A DNA stretch of 64,000 nucleotides from Azolla caroliniana (Eukaryota; Plantae; Polypodiophyta), in contig JBHGNT010000011.1 in assembly GCA_043228905.1 (NCBI GenBank), positions 4,030,001 to 4,094,000 on the forward strand, in the 5' to 3' direction. Below the pieces are notes generated by a model. The model worked only from the letters and a program-made list of their open reading frames with translations, was not told where the DNA came from and did no database searches. Both the position numbers and the translations under genes were made by a program. Below, piece by piece: positions 21,535 through 33,480 of this stretch; the stretch's first letter is position 1, and every line of letters begins with the position of its first letter.

Positions 21535-21954
21535 TGTTATTCGCTAGCCGGACAAGGCCTAACACAAGGTGTCACGGAGACACTTCAACCAAAGGGTGAT
21601 TACGGCATAGGATTAAGATTCAACGATTACACCGACTTACGTAGGTTACACGATTAGAGTGCTTTGGTTAATTACACGCGTAAGATATAACAGTAATTAC
21701 AGAACGGAAATCAACACAGAAGTATAAACATCATAAGCTCTATTAATTATCCGCTGCGATTACAATGGGGTCCGGGCCTTTAAATAGGTTTCCGGCCCGT
21801 AGTACAAAACGGTGCCTCTCGCACCTATTCGGGATCCGTCCGGATCTGGAACGGCATACCGTTTCCAGTCCGTCCGTCCACACTATGCTCATTTACAACC
21901 GTATTTAATTAATTCCTTCACTCCGTATTTTGGACTCCTTGCCGGCCGGTAACA
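21535..21954 (-). repeat. 5' LTR of element B
   Basis: 420 bp, followed on the minus strand by CAGTTT-TGGCGACCAC PBS. Confidence 0.97.
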
Positions 21955-21959
21955 TACGT

Positions 21960-22725
21960 CTTTAACTAATCCCCGCCCATCTTTCCTGTCCAGTCTTCGC
22001 CGTTTCGGCTTAGGGCTATCCTGCCGTGGTTCGGCGTCTGGCTCTGGTGCCGCTTCCGCGGAGCGCGCCGCCTACTCTTCTGGCGTTGTCCGTGTGTCGG
22101 TTGGGCAAGTTGGGGTTCATCCTCCCACTCTGTGGCAGCTAACTCCGCTAACCTACGCTTCACGAATCGGGGCGACGGCGTGGGTCTGTTGGGCTGCGGT
22201 GCCAGCAAGCCTTAGGGTGGGAATAGTACCGTCAGGTACTGTTGTATGATAGGCCTGAGCTTCTTGCCTCCTTGATACGCGTGCAGGCCTTCCCTTAATC
22301 TCGGCCCCGTAATGACTCCCCAATCGACCGCACGCCCTTCAAAGGTATCAATAATGATACCTGCCTTCTACTTGGGCATCCCATATGCGTTTACGTGTAC
22401 GCATCCGACCTCTAATAGGAACTTGGCAACTTCACGGAAAAAGGGATCCGGGATCTCCTTCATTCTATAGGCCTTGGCGGAAGAGGAATACGGGCCGAAA
22501 TACCTCTGCAGCGACTCCGTAGGGGGGATTTTGAAATGCCTCTCACCTGGTGATGACAGGTCCAACTTTTTCCGGATGGAGGAGTTGGTGATCGTGTCAA
22601 TATTGAGCTTTCTGGCGATGTCTAATGGTTCCGGGTGTGGAGGTGCCTATGCGACCCTAATGTACCCATCCAAGCGTTTCTCCACGAGCCATCGACGTAA
22701 GGCGGTAGAGATAAATATCGGCATA
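21960..22725 (-). pseudogene. N-terminal part of element C extra ORF
   Basis: LQRYFGPYSSSAKAYRMKEIPDPFFREVAKFL matches LTRYFGEYSVAGKGYRTQGGEDPLFREIARVL of element B. Confidence 0.8.
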
Positions 22726-23062
22726 GTCAGAGTAGGCTCGTGGGGAGAAGATTGGTGGGGGCGGTAGGTTTGAGCTCTGTGATAGGATGGAGGAGAAGGT
22801 GAGGGAGGGGAGCGATGAGAGCGTTGAGGGTTAGGAGGTGGATTTTTGTTTTATGCAAAAGACCTTCTATTTCCTTCTTTTTGTGGCCTAGGGTTCATTG
22901 GGCGGTGAGCCATCGTGGTGCCGCATGTTCTTGGTCTAGAAGTCTGTGCATGCATCCAGTCCTTTTTTAATAGCGTTGCTATCTTCTCTTCTTCTTCTTC
23001 TTTTTTTCGTAACGGTTACATACAACCTATTTTTACATTATGATACAAGTGGGGCCGTCCAC

Positions 23063-26000
23063 TTACACCGCGGGTTCTCCGGCTTTGTCTTCTCTGGCGG
23101 TGAATGGGTTAGGTGGCGTAGGGCCCAAGTAAGGTTTAAGGCGATACCCATTCACCTTTTGTCGTAAGACTTCCCCGACCAGCGTGCCTAGTTGGAACGT
23201 GCCTTGTTCTGGTCCTATTATCCAGTACAGGCCTGTCCAGCGGAATCGTAACTTCCCTGGCATATGGCCCATGCAGGTTTGGAAAACCAATACCGCTCGA
23301 CCGACCGCGAAATCCTTTTCCCGTGCGTTCCGATGTCGGTCCACAAACGCTTTACGTCGTCGTTGTTCCTGCTCCAACACCACCATGTGTTTTTCGCCGA
23401 GTTCGAGTAGCTGGTGGAGCCGTACCTCCTCTGACTTGGCTTCCGATAGTCGGTCCCATCCCTGAATCCGTAAATTGGGTATCTGAAATTGTACCGGCAT
23501 CACGGCCTCCAGCCCAAACACTAGTCGAAACGGTGTTGACTGTATGCTTGTTTTGTAGCTGGTTCTGTACGCCCATAACGCACTCTATAATTTGGTATCC
23601 CAGTCCGTTCTATTTTCATTGACGATTTTCTTTAAGATGGTTTGCAACATCTTGTTGGTGGATTCTGCTAACCCATTCACCTGTGGATAATATGGCGTAC
23701 TTTTCTTGTGGACTACGGCGTAATGATGCATTAGTTCTCGAACGACCGTATTGAGAAAGTGGCTCCCCTGGTCACTGATAAGCTCAATTGGACAACTAAA
23801 CTGACACTGGATGTGTTTGTAAAGGAATCTCGCTGTGATGGCCGCCCTATTCTCTCGTAGTGCCTTTGCTTCTACCCACTTGGTGCAATAATCTGTGGCT
23901 ACCAATATGTATTTATTGCCCATACGGGCCGCCGCCGGTGTGAGGGGGCCCACAAAATCCAATCCCCACTTTTGGAAGGGATCTAACGGTAATATGGGCT
24001 AGTGACACATCCTTGCACCCTCCATGGGCTGGCCAATCCGTTGATACAAATCGCACTTCCTGCAATACTCGTATGTATCCTTCTGTGTAGTCTTCCACCA
24101 TAGGCCTGCTTGACATATTTTCCAGGCCGTAACATCGCTCGCGTAATGACCGCCTGCCGTGCTGCAGTGAGCCTCCCGTAAGACTGTTTCTTTCTCATCC
24201 TGACGTACACCGCGTCGCCAAATGCCATCACTACCTTTGTGATATAAAATTCCTTCTACCAGGCAGAAGTTACGGCTCTGGACGACTAATCGTTTCCTCT
24301 CGTCCGTGTGTAATTGTGGTGGAGGCAGTCCCGTAGTCAAAAAGTATGTCATTTCCATAAGCCACCGGTTTGGAAAGGTCGTTTCCATTCTTTCTGCTAG
24401 TGCTGCTACCCGTAGAATGTCTGCGTCCGGAAAGTCGTCGTTGTCCTTCTGTATTGTTTCTCCATTATCGAGTCTACTCAAAACATCTGCCACTTCGTGT
24501 TGCGTACCCAACTGATGCTGAATTACAAAATCGAATTCTTGAAGCAGCAACATCCATCGCGCCAATTTCCCCGTCAGTGCTTGTTTCTCCACCAAATACA
24601 GCAATGCCAAATGATCCACGTGGAACGTGAATTTCCTCCCCAATAGATAATGCTGGAATTTATTGATACTATAGATCATCCCTAACGCCTCACGCTCCGT
24701 TGTGGAATAGTTATGCTCCACTGTTGATACTTTGCGACTAGCGTAGTAGACTGGTCGGTACCAATTCGGTTCAGTGAGCTGCATTATCGCACTTCCTATT
24801 GCTATGTCTGAGGCGTCTACGAACACGTGGAATGGCTTCACCCAATCTGATGGTTGTACAACGGGTGCTTGTGTGACCATTATCTTGAGCGCCTCATAGG
24901 CCTTGTCCTCTGTTGCAGTCCACTAGAAGGGAGTCCGATGCACGGCGGCATGTAGCGGCGTGGCGAAGTCCGCCAAATATCGTATCATTCGACTATGCCA
25001 TCGTATTTGGCCTAAAAACCAGCTAATTGATTTCGCGTTTGTCGGAGTTTTGGCTTGAGTAATCACGGAGATCTTGTTCGGATCGACCGCTATTCCCTCC
25101 TTGCTAACCATATGGCCTAGGGGAGTCCTGTTGGTCACGCCGAAGGCACATTTCGCGGGATTCAGGCTTAAGCGTGCGGTGCGGCAACGTTCCAAGCACA
25201 GTTGCAGATGCATAAAATGGTCGGTTTTTTTCCCATATGCCGCAAAATCGTCTAAAAAAACTTGCATGAACGCCAGAATATATTCCCCAAAGATCTCCGT
25301 GATTGTTTGTTGAAATGTTGCCGGTGCCGTTTTTAGCCCGAACATCATGACGACTGCCACATAGACTCCCCAGTCCGTCACAAATGTCGTCTTCTCTTGG
25401 TCATCGGGATGCATGCGTACCTAGTTATAGCCACTGAAACCATCTAAAAAACTGTACATGTCGTGTCTTGCGACGGCGTCCAGTACGCTATCGGTGAATG
25501 GTAACGGGAATGCATCCGTAATGGTTACGACGTTTAATTTTCGGTAATCCACGCATACCCGTATCTTGCCGTTTTTCTTTGGAATGACTACAATCGAACT
25601 TAACCATGTGGCTTATTTAACTGGTCGTATAAATCCTGCCTTTAGGAGTTTGTCAATTTCTTCTTTTACGCGGGTCGCGTAATTCGGGTTCATGCGGTAG
25701 CGGCGTTGCTGTACTAGTTTTGTGTCGGTCGCTAAATTGATCTTATGTTGATAGAACTTCGAATCTCACCCCTTCATGTCCTCATGAGCCCAAGCGAACA
25801 CATCTTTATATTTCTTGAGTAGTTTGAGCATCGCGTCTCTCTGGTCCGCCCTTAATTCTTTTGCGATGGAGAGAAAACGAGGTTCTAACGTCGTACCCAC
25901 GTTTACTTCTTCCAGGGCGCAGGCGGTTACTCGTCATGAAATTTCCATTTCCTTCTCTAATGTTGCGCGTGCTCTGCTTAGTTCCAAGATCGATCCCAGG

Positions 26001-28388
26001 TTTGGTTCGTAAGTCTCGTCGTGGAGAGTAGTGGCCATGGCATATTCTGTCGCGGTTGCGATGATGTCAATTTCGAACAGCGGAATAATGCGAGGGTGCT
26101 CGTCCAGGTATGCCTCTAATTCTGCATCATCCACGCCGGCCAACATATTTATATCTTCCGCATATAATGGTGTTATACCCTTGGATTGTATCGCCCTTTC
26201 CTCCGTAGGTATGCGAACCTTGGTGCGTCCGTGTCGGAAACTGATACACTTGTGTTGCCAGCTCTGCTTGATATTCGTTGCACGAAGCCACGGTCTGCCC
26301 AGCAGCATAGGGTATGCCCCTGGGGCGTCCAGGGCGAGGACTACCGCCGAGATGTCAAAGTGATGCCCTCCCACGATAATGCCGACCTTGCGTATCAACC
26401 CCAATGGTCGTATTGAGCGGGTATCTGCCATACGGAGCTAGAACGGGCAAGTCTCCCATTCTGAAATACCTAATTGCTCGCATGTTTTCACGCTAATTAC
26501 ATTAACGTCCGAGCCTTCATCGATTACGCATCCTAGGATTTCCTGACTGTGTAATATCAATGTAATAGCCGGGTTGTGGTGATCCACTACAAACGGTCTG
26601 TCACTAATGTCCGTGAGATTCGTAGCGACGTTCACCCCGGATATGCCCGTCACCCGTTCTTCCATGGTCTAGCGGAAGCGTGGGACTAGTTGCAGCAGCT
26701 TCTCCATGGTTAACATTATCTCGCAGCCCGCTAGTGCTTGCCAAATGGGGTTTGAGGCCGGTCCTTCGTCCTCCACTAGCCACATTGTTTTCGCGGACTC
26801 CTTCCGCATGCGTTCCGTATTTGTCGCATTTGCTTTTTCAACCCATGCCTGGGCTTGTCGTCATATCTCATCTTGGGCGGCCCAATCAGCCATTTTTGTT
26901 TGCTAGCGTGTCGTGACTTGCTGCACTTCCGCCGTAATTGTATTGACGGTGGGCCCCTTGCCCTTACGTACTAGGCATTGCGTGGCATAATGCCCGGGTT
27001 GCTAACAAACAAAACAATGGATGCTCAATTCGCCCTTCTCGGCGCCTAGTGGTGTGTGCCAATCCCCCGGTGCGACTTGCTCCTCACGGTCCGGCCTCGT
27101 TTGTTAGAGCGTACGCGGTGGTTGCTGTTGGCCCTAGCGTGGGTCTTGGTGCCGCTCTTCGTCCGTGCTTTCGTCATATCGCTGGTGGTCCCGATATTGT
27201 CACTGCTTTCCGAAGATCCATTGAAGCCGCCACATTTGTTTGTCGGCTGGTGATTCTCATAGCGCCAACCCCCTTTAGCATATCGAGGGGGGCCACGGTA
27301 GTCCTTAACCTCTGGCTCGTCTTCCTCGGAATCGTTGTGATTCCAAGGATTCCGGTAGTGCTAGTCGTCACGTGGGTTGCGATCCATATACCGTGGTGGG
27401 TCTTCTTGCCTCCTTTGTTCAAGACAGCGTGGGGGACGCTGTGTGTCCATGCTGGTACTATGGGAGCGGCTCAGTTCAGCATATTGTATTCGCACTGTTC
27501 GACTGTGTGAGCCTTCGAGTGAACGATGGGGCAGTGGATTTGCATGTTGCACTCCACTGCGGAATGCCCCGAGTTCAAGCAAATCGTGAACTAGATTGCT
27601 TGATGAAACTATCGTTCCTCGTCCTGAGGTAACGCTTGTCGTAATGAGGACATAGAAAACCATTCCTCTTCATCGTCTAGCTCGAGTTGTAATGCTCGTT
27701 CGATGACCATATCCGCCGTCTCCCTTGTCACGCTATTGTTGTTGAGCGTTTTCCATATGTGTCGGCGTAATGCCGCCAGAAATGTCTCCCGAGCTTCGTC
27801 CTCCGTGGGACCGCGTTCTAGTTTTCACCGTAAATTTTGGAACCGTAAGCTGAAGTCTGCGATCTTCTTGGTCGGCAGCTGTTTAATTGTGTAGAACTGT
27901 CCGAGGATTTCGCGTTGTGGAACCCTCTGATGGAAGAACCACAAAAAGACGGATTGCATTTGGTCGAAGGTCGTGATTGCTGGCAGATCCATCTATGAAT
28001 GCCAAAATGCCGCTCCCCCATCCAATGTTAACTCGAACTCCGTCATTTTGGACTGGTGCGCTACCGCCTCAAAAACACTCTGCGCCATGTGGTTTGCATT
28101 CCAAACATTGAGGAACAACCGAATGTGAGTTGCGGTGTCGGTTTCGCCGTTAAAGCGGGGATAGGCAAAGGCCATGCTGGGGGCTACGGCGGGCCAGGGA
28201 AGACCACAGTGTTGTTGTGGTGAACGTGCTCCCCGCGTATCATCGAGGTATTTGGAGAGCGGGAAATCACCTTTGTGATCACGACAGGTAGTGTTGAGGT
28301 CGTTGAGGCGAGGCTTCTAGCGTGTGATGGACCTTGTGATTGGCCGGTCTGATTGTGTTGGTTCTTTGGGGCGTCTGCGGCTAAACAT
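23063..28388 (-). pseudogene. Degenerate gag-pol of element C
   Basis: PR (VIDEGSDVN), RT (QVFLDDF), RH (VDASD) and IN (MDFVGP, SDQG, GLAE) fragments broken by TAG/TGA stops and frameshifts. Confidence 0.93.
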
Positions 28389-28442
28389 CCATTCATCGTT
28401 GTTCGTCTATGAGAAGACACAGATCACCAAGCGTGCCAAAAG

Positions 28443-28891
28443 TGTTGCCGACTAGGAACACGGTCTACGGTCAGTCCTTCGACCTAGACCTCCAAGTGAC
28501 TGTGTGACAATGAATGGTAGCGTCTGTGCATAATACTTAGTGGGATATTCCCTGTAACGTAGCAGCGTATAAGGGAGATAGCTACAACCGAGCTCCTTTG
28601 ACAATGGGCTAACACACACACTATTACTTACTCCTACGCTCTCAAGTGTTACAGACACACAATAGATTAGCCATAGCTACACACAGATATCAGAGAAGAT
28701 AGAATTCTATTACGATACGCCTTTTTAGATTCAAAATTACACGCTCCTCTCTCAGAGGTTTCCTGCCCTTGATATACGCACGGTCTTTTAGTCGTTCACG
28801 CTTCCCTCGTGAACCGTTACATGCATTACAATATTATACTATTTTGTATTCCTCCGCTCCTGTCCGTCTGTTACTATTCCGGCGGATAACA
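28443..28891 (-). repeat. 5' LTR of element C
   Basis: Repeat of 9669-10117, followed by TSD GTAAC. Confidence 0.95.
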
Positions 28892-28896
28892 GTAAC

Positions 28897-29994
28897 CGCA
28901 TAGGAAGCGAGTGAGCGCGCCCTTGACTTGGCCGTCCCTTTCGCCCGTACGTACAAGGGGCCCAAAAGAGGCACGAGACGCGGCCCGGTTAACCGTGTCC
29001 GCACACATGCACACACCCATTAACACACCAGGTTACAACCGGCACCACTACATCGGTGACCACACACGCACCCGCTCTCTGAACCTACACTAACCGGAGA
29101 AACACCCACACCTACACACGCACCACTCGTTGCGATGCCAGTTCCACACGGAGGGGAAGAGGGAGCCTACACCCTAGGGCCTGTCGAGGAGCTCTCGGGC
29201 TCGTCCGCACAACGGGACCCTCGTACAAGGCACGCTTCTTCCAGAACAACTGCCTCCTCTCCCAAGCCACCTTCAGGGACCAGACAAGCTCGCTGAACAG
29301 AGTGGGGTCTTGCGCGCTAAGGGAGACCTGCCAACAAACCGCCTAGCGTGGAGGCTCTACATAAGCGACAGAAGCCAGCCCCTACACACACACTTGCAGA
29401 CATACCAGACAACGGAGTGTTGAGAGCCAACGAGCAGGAACTCCGGGAAAGCACAGATAGTCCGCACGCCACCTACCACAACCGAACACACCACCTACGC
29501 ACCCACACACCAAGATCAGGAGAAGACAAAGTATATATATGTGAAGGGGGAAGATACAACCCCCGACTTCGAGCCGGGAAACACCCAGAAAAAGAAGAAG
29601 AACCTAACGCTAACATAGCTTTGATGCGATGTTTGTGGCCCCTCCAACTTCTCAAGAAGGAGAAGAAGAAGAATACTACCAAGAAGTTACTAACCCTAGA
29701 ATTTTTTTAACAAAATGACCCTCGACCAAAATGGTATACCCTTATGACTCAAAATGGGCAACCCCTTTACAAAGGGCGTTGCCTTCCTTTTATAGAACAA
29801 GGTGAGGGATGCGTAACTATATGGGAGAAATCCCTTATTACATGGGATCCTCTGTCCCGAATTAACTACTGTCCGACGCCATGATGGCGGCCCTATCATT
29901 TACACGATTTGTACAAGGGTGAGTGCACATGCCCACCCCGCCTATTCCTCCGATATTCCCCAGTTTCTCACCATGGCCCGCACTCTTCACGACA
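28897..29994 (-). repeat. Remainder of element D 3' LTR
   Basis: Colinear with 38132-39192, ends CTTCACGACA and abuts PPT TCCACCCCCAC. Confidence 0.9.
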
Positions 29995-30778
29995 TCCACC
30001 CCCACTAAACCGCACGTTGTCGTGAAGATTTTCGTTCAGGAGCGGAAACCTGAGCAACGAGAGCCAAAGAGCGATTTGCAACGTTGCACACGTACATAAT
30101 GTATTTGTAATAATAATAGGGGTAAAGGGTATGGTGCTAGAAATGCCCCATAAGATCCCTAAGGTATAAAGGCGATGTGGTCTTGTGCGCACATCCACGC
30201 GCGAGAGAGAGAGAGGTACTATGCGGTACATAGGTACCTAGTTGTTTGTGAGGAGGTGGGAGTTAAGGGGCCATCAATCTCACCCTCCCCCAAATCAAGG
30301 AAAATATCCCCTTTGAATGAAAGGGGATATTTTAGTCTCACTTTGTAAACGGTCTTCCCTCGTGCTATAAAAGGAGAGGGAAGGCACCATTGTAAGGGTT
30401 GCCTATTTTGAGTGTGCGAGGTATACCACATAGGTCGAGCGTTAGGGTTAGGGTTAGGGTTCCTTTGTCTTTATCTTCATCTTCGCCGGTTAGGGTTTCG
30501 GGTAGTCGTTTGGTGCGGCCTATGCGGCCACCATTTTGTAATCGTTCATTTCGTTTTAATATATCCTGTTGATCATCTTGTCTCCATCTTCCTCTTGTTC
30601 GATCTAATCTCTTGTTCATTCTTCTTCTTCTTGAGCAAAGCTTCCATTCCATGTCCGATTCCTTCTCCTCTACTTCTTAGTCCAAGACCCTCGTGGTCCC
30701 GCCCTTCTCCACGCACGCGCGTAGGAACGCGACATCTTTGGTGAACCCGACGTGAAGAGGCGGCAAGGGAGGAAGGAG

Positions 30779-31141
30779 ATGGAAGCCAGAGACATCGCAG
30801 AAGTAATTACGAAAATGGCAAGGGATTTCGCAAGAAGGAGAGGAAGACGGGAAGAGGCGTACAAGTACGATCGACGCGAGTTCAATCTATGGGTGTCGTC
30901 GGCAAAGGCTCCTCGAAGCGCAATGAAGGCATTTCGGGAGTTCGATCTCCGGTTTTCCCAACTTTCGGTCCGGGATCAGGAATTGGTGGGGGCGGACAAG
31001 GTCCCACTATTCATGAAGTCGGTCAACGAAAGGGGGACAATGGCCATTTTCCCCTACCTCGAAGATGATGAAGGGGCGTACGGCCTCACCGAAGATTGGA
31101 ATGAGGTGGAATGGGCGTGCATACAATGCGATGAGAGGTAG
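30779..31141 (+). pseudogene. Truncated Gag of element E
   Basis: RREFNLWV...FREFDLRFSQL...KVPLFMKSV...GLTEDWNEVE aligns with Gag of H (RRDFMAWV...QEFEKRFARL...VLLFVKSV...GLMTDWAVVK) and of A. Confidence 0.75.
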
Positions 31142-31519
31142 TCGGCCACAACGCGACCCGTGAGCGGTAGAGAAGAGAGAGCGGTGACCGACTACGCACT
31201 ACCGCCGGAAGAGAGCTCAACGCAAATCGGTTCGGAGGAGCTCGACATCGAACCCTTGGTGCGGGAAGCGTACGAGATCGTAGAGGCACAAATCAAAGCC
31301 GAAGAAGGGCTTATTGCGGAGTCGGGCCCGAGCGGATCGGAGGATGAGGAGGCCGAAAGAGAATGGTACATCGGTACCACGGGAGAGGGTGCGGGACGAG
31401 CCACCCTCTCGACATGCGGAGAAAGATCGACTGAGGACGAGGTCGGGGACGGTGAGGCGGACATGAGGGAGTTCGGGCATGGAGGCCCGAAACATCAAGC
31501 GGGGAGAAGACAGGCGGTG

Positions 31520-33480
31520 GTGATAGGACCTTACGCACTACGGGCCTAGAGACTCCTACAACCGGCCCGAGAGCCCGTGTGAGACCTAGAGTGACGGGCA
31601 GTGGCGGTGGCAAGGCGGGCGACCACGATGGTGACATGGGAGAGGGTGTGGAAAGAGCGACTCTCTCGTCTTGCGGCGAATGGACGGCCATGGAGGCCGG
31701 TAACTATGGATTCGGGACATGGCTGCCCGAAACATCGAGTGAGGAGGAGACAAGCGGCGGTGCCGCGACCTTACACACACCGGCCCTAGAGGCACTGGCG
31801 GTCGGCCCAATTGCCAGCGTGAGACCTAGAGCAATGGGCGGTAGCGGTGGCAAGGCGGGCAACCGAGACAACGGTAAGGAGACCGTGGAAGAGGAGGCGG
31901 CAAGCATAATTGATGCTTGCATATACGGAAGCGGGGTAGCCACGGACGACGATGTTCGAATGGAGGTGGCTACGGGCATAGCATCGACGAGCGGTGGCGT
32001 TGCTACCTTACACGCACCGGTTCAAGAGACCCCGGCGGCCGGCCCGAGTGCCCGCGTGAGACCTAGTGTAACGAACGGTGGCGGCGGCAAGGTGGGCGAC
32101 CACGGCGACGATGTGGGAGAGGGTGCGGAGCGAGCGACCCTCTCGACTTGTGGAAAGAGGACGGCCATGGATGAGGACGATATCTATGGAGCAATGGACA
32201 CCACTTCGAGAGTGGGCGAAAGTTTCGGGACGCGGTTGCCCGAAACGTTCTACGAGGATTTCGCGAGCATACTCGAGGCTTGCGAAATCGAGGAAGAAGA
32301 GGAGACGAGCAGCGGTGCCGCGACCTTCCACACACCGGTCCTAGAGACTCCGGCAACCGGCCCGAGAGCCAGTGTGAGACCTAGAGAGACGGACGGTGGC
32401 GGCGGCAAGGCGGGCAACCAAAATGACGAAGAGGAGGTTTGTAGCGGATGGAGGCGAGATCCCTCGACACCAGGGCCGGAGACTTCGGCGGTTGCGCCCG
32501 AGCACGGACATAAGACCGGGGAGATGGGCGGTGGCCGTGAAGGATGAGAGGCCTGGAGTGGGCACGTACGAAAAGACTGAAGGAGAGGTCCGGAGCGGCA
32601 TCGAGGAGCGAGTCGGGAACCGACCCGACCGAAAGATAAGCCGGTCGGTAATCCGACCCCACCGGGAGGCAGAGCGGAAGAAGAGTGAAGCGGAGTCCGG
32701 TTAACCGGGCCCAAACCGAAGAAGAACCGGCAAGGCCGGATTTGCGCGGACAAACATGTACCGGCCGGTTACGATTACCGAAGGGAGCCGACCAAACCGG
32801 AACTCGATCGGCCGAGACCGATCCGGGTGAAGGCTAAGTCGGCATGATTGGAGATCGGGGAGGACGGGTCACAACACGCGACGAGAGCCGGTAAGCGTAT
32901 TGAGGAGGCCTAGTGGCACGGTGATCACGGCTTGCTAGAAGACGGAGAGCGTGAGGGACCTTCCACACCCATTCTAGAGACTTCGGCGGTTGCGGATCAA
33001 CGTGAGACCGGAGAGACGGCGGGTGGCGGCGAGGAGTCGGAGGCCGAAGAGGACAAAGTTATCAGAGCGGGTATCCGGTATGAGATGATGGACGAGCGGG
33101 TCCAAGATGGCGAGCCCGGGTCAGAACGGGCTACGGTGACAAAGGAAGAACTGGCCAACGCAGAGGTCGGGTCTACGGCGGATGAAGGGCGTAACACGAA
33201 GCATGCATTACGGTCGGTGAAGGGCCCAAGAACGAGCATGCATCCGAGAGAGCGTTAACGAGTGACCGGAAACGGTGGACCGATTGAGCCTTTGAGAGGC
33301 GAGGACTCGATGGTGGACCGAGAGTGGGAGGAACCCTCCACACCTACCCGTGAGGCATCGGTGGTCGCGGATCGAAAGGAGAATGAAGAAACGGTGGGTG
33401 GTGGCGAGGAGTTGGAGACCGACGCGGAGGTCGGGTCTACGGCGGAAGCGCGACATGAGACGCATGCAATACGGCCGGTG
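31520..33480 (+). repeat. Degenerate internal tandem repeats (about 240-320 bp units) encoding acidic, Gly-rich peptide
   Basis: Recurrent GACCTTACACACACCGG...GTGAGACCTAGAG...GGCGGCAAGGCGGGC near 31527, 31767, 32003 and 32321, with partial copies near 32460, 32947 and 33333. Confidence 0.85.

Larger units (their letters stand above)
12112..21954 (-). mobile_element. Element B: young, near-intact non-chromovirus Ty3/Gypsy element with a large extra 3' ORF
   Basis: LTRs 12112-12530 and 21535-21954 differ by one visible 1-nt indel. TSD TACGT (12107-12111, 21955-21959). PBS TGGCGACCAC (21528-21519, tRNA-Arg(UCG)-like). Confidence 0.97.
9669..28891 (-). mobile_element. Element C: degenerate non-chromovirus Ty3/Gypsy element with extra 3' ORF, inserted in the D LTR
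   Basis: 449-bp LTRs at 9669-10117 and 28443-28891, TSD GTAAC (9664-9668, 28892-28896), PBS TGGCACGCTTGGTG (28438-28425, tRNA-Arg(UCU)-like), fragmented gag-pol. Confidence 0.93.

Noticed and set aside
31520-32460. CRISPR-like repeat-spacer array
   Set aside because: Units are long and degenerate, the intervening sequences are homologous to each other, there are no cas genes and the context is a eukaryotic LTR element.
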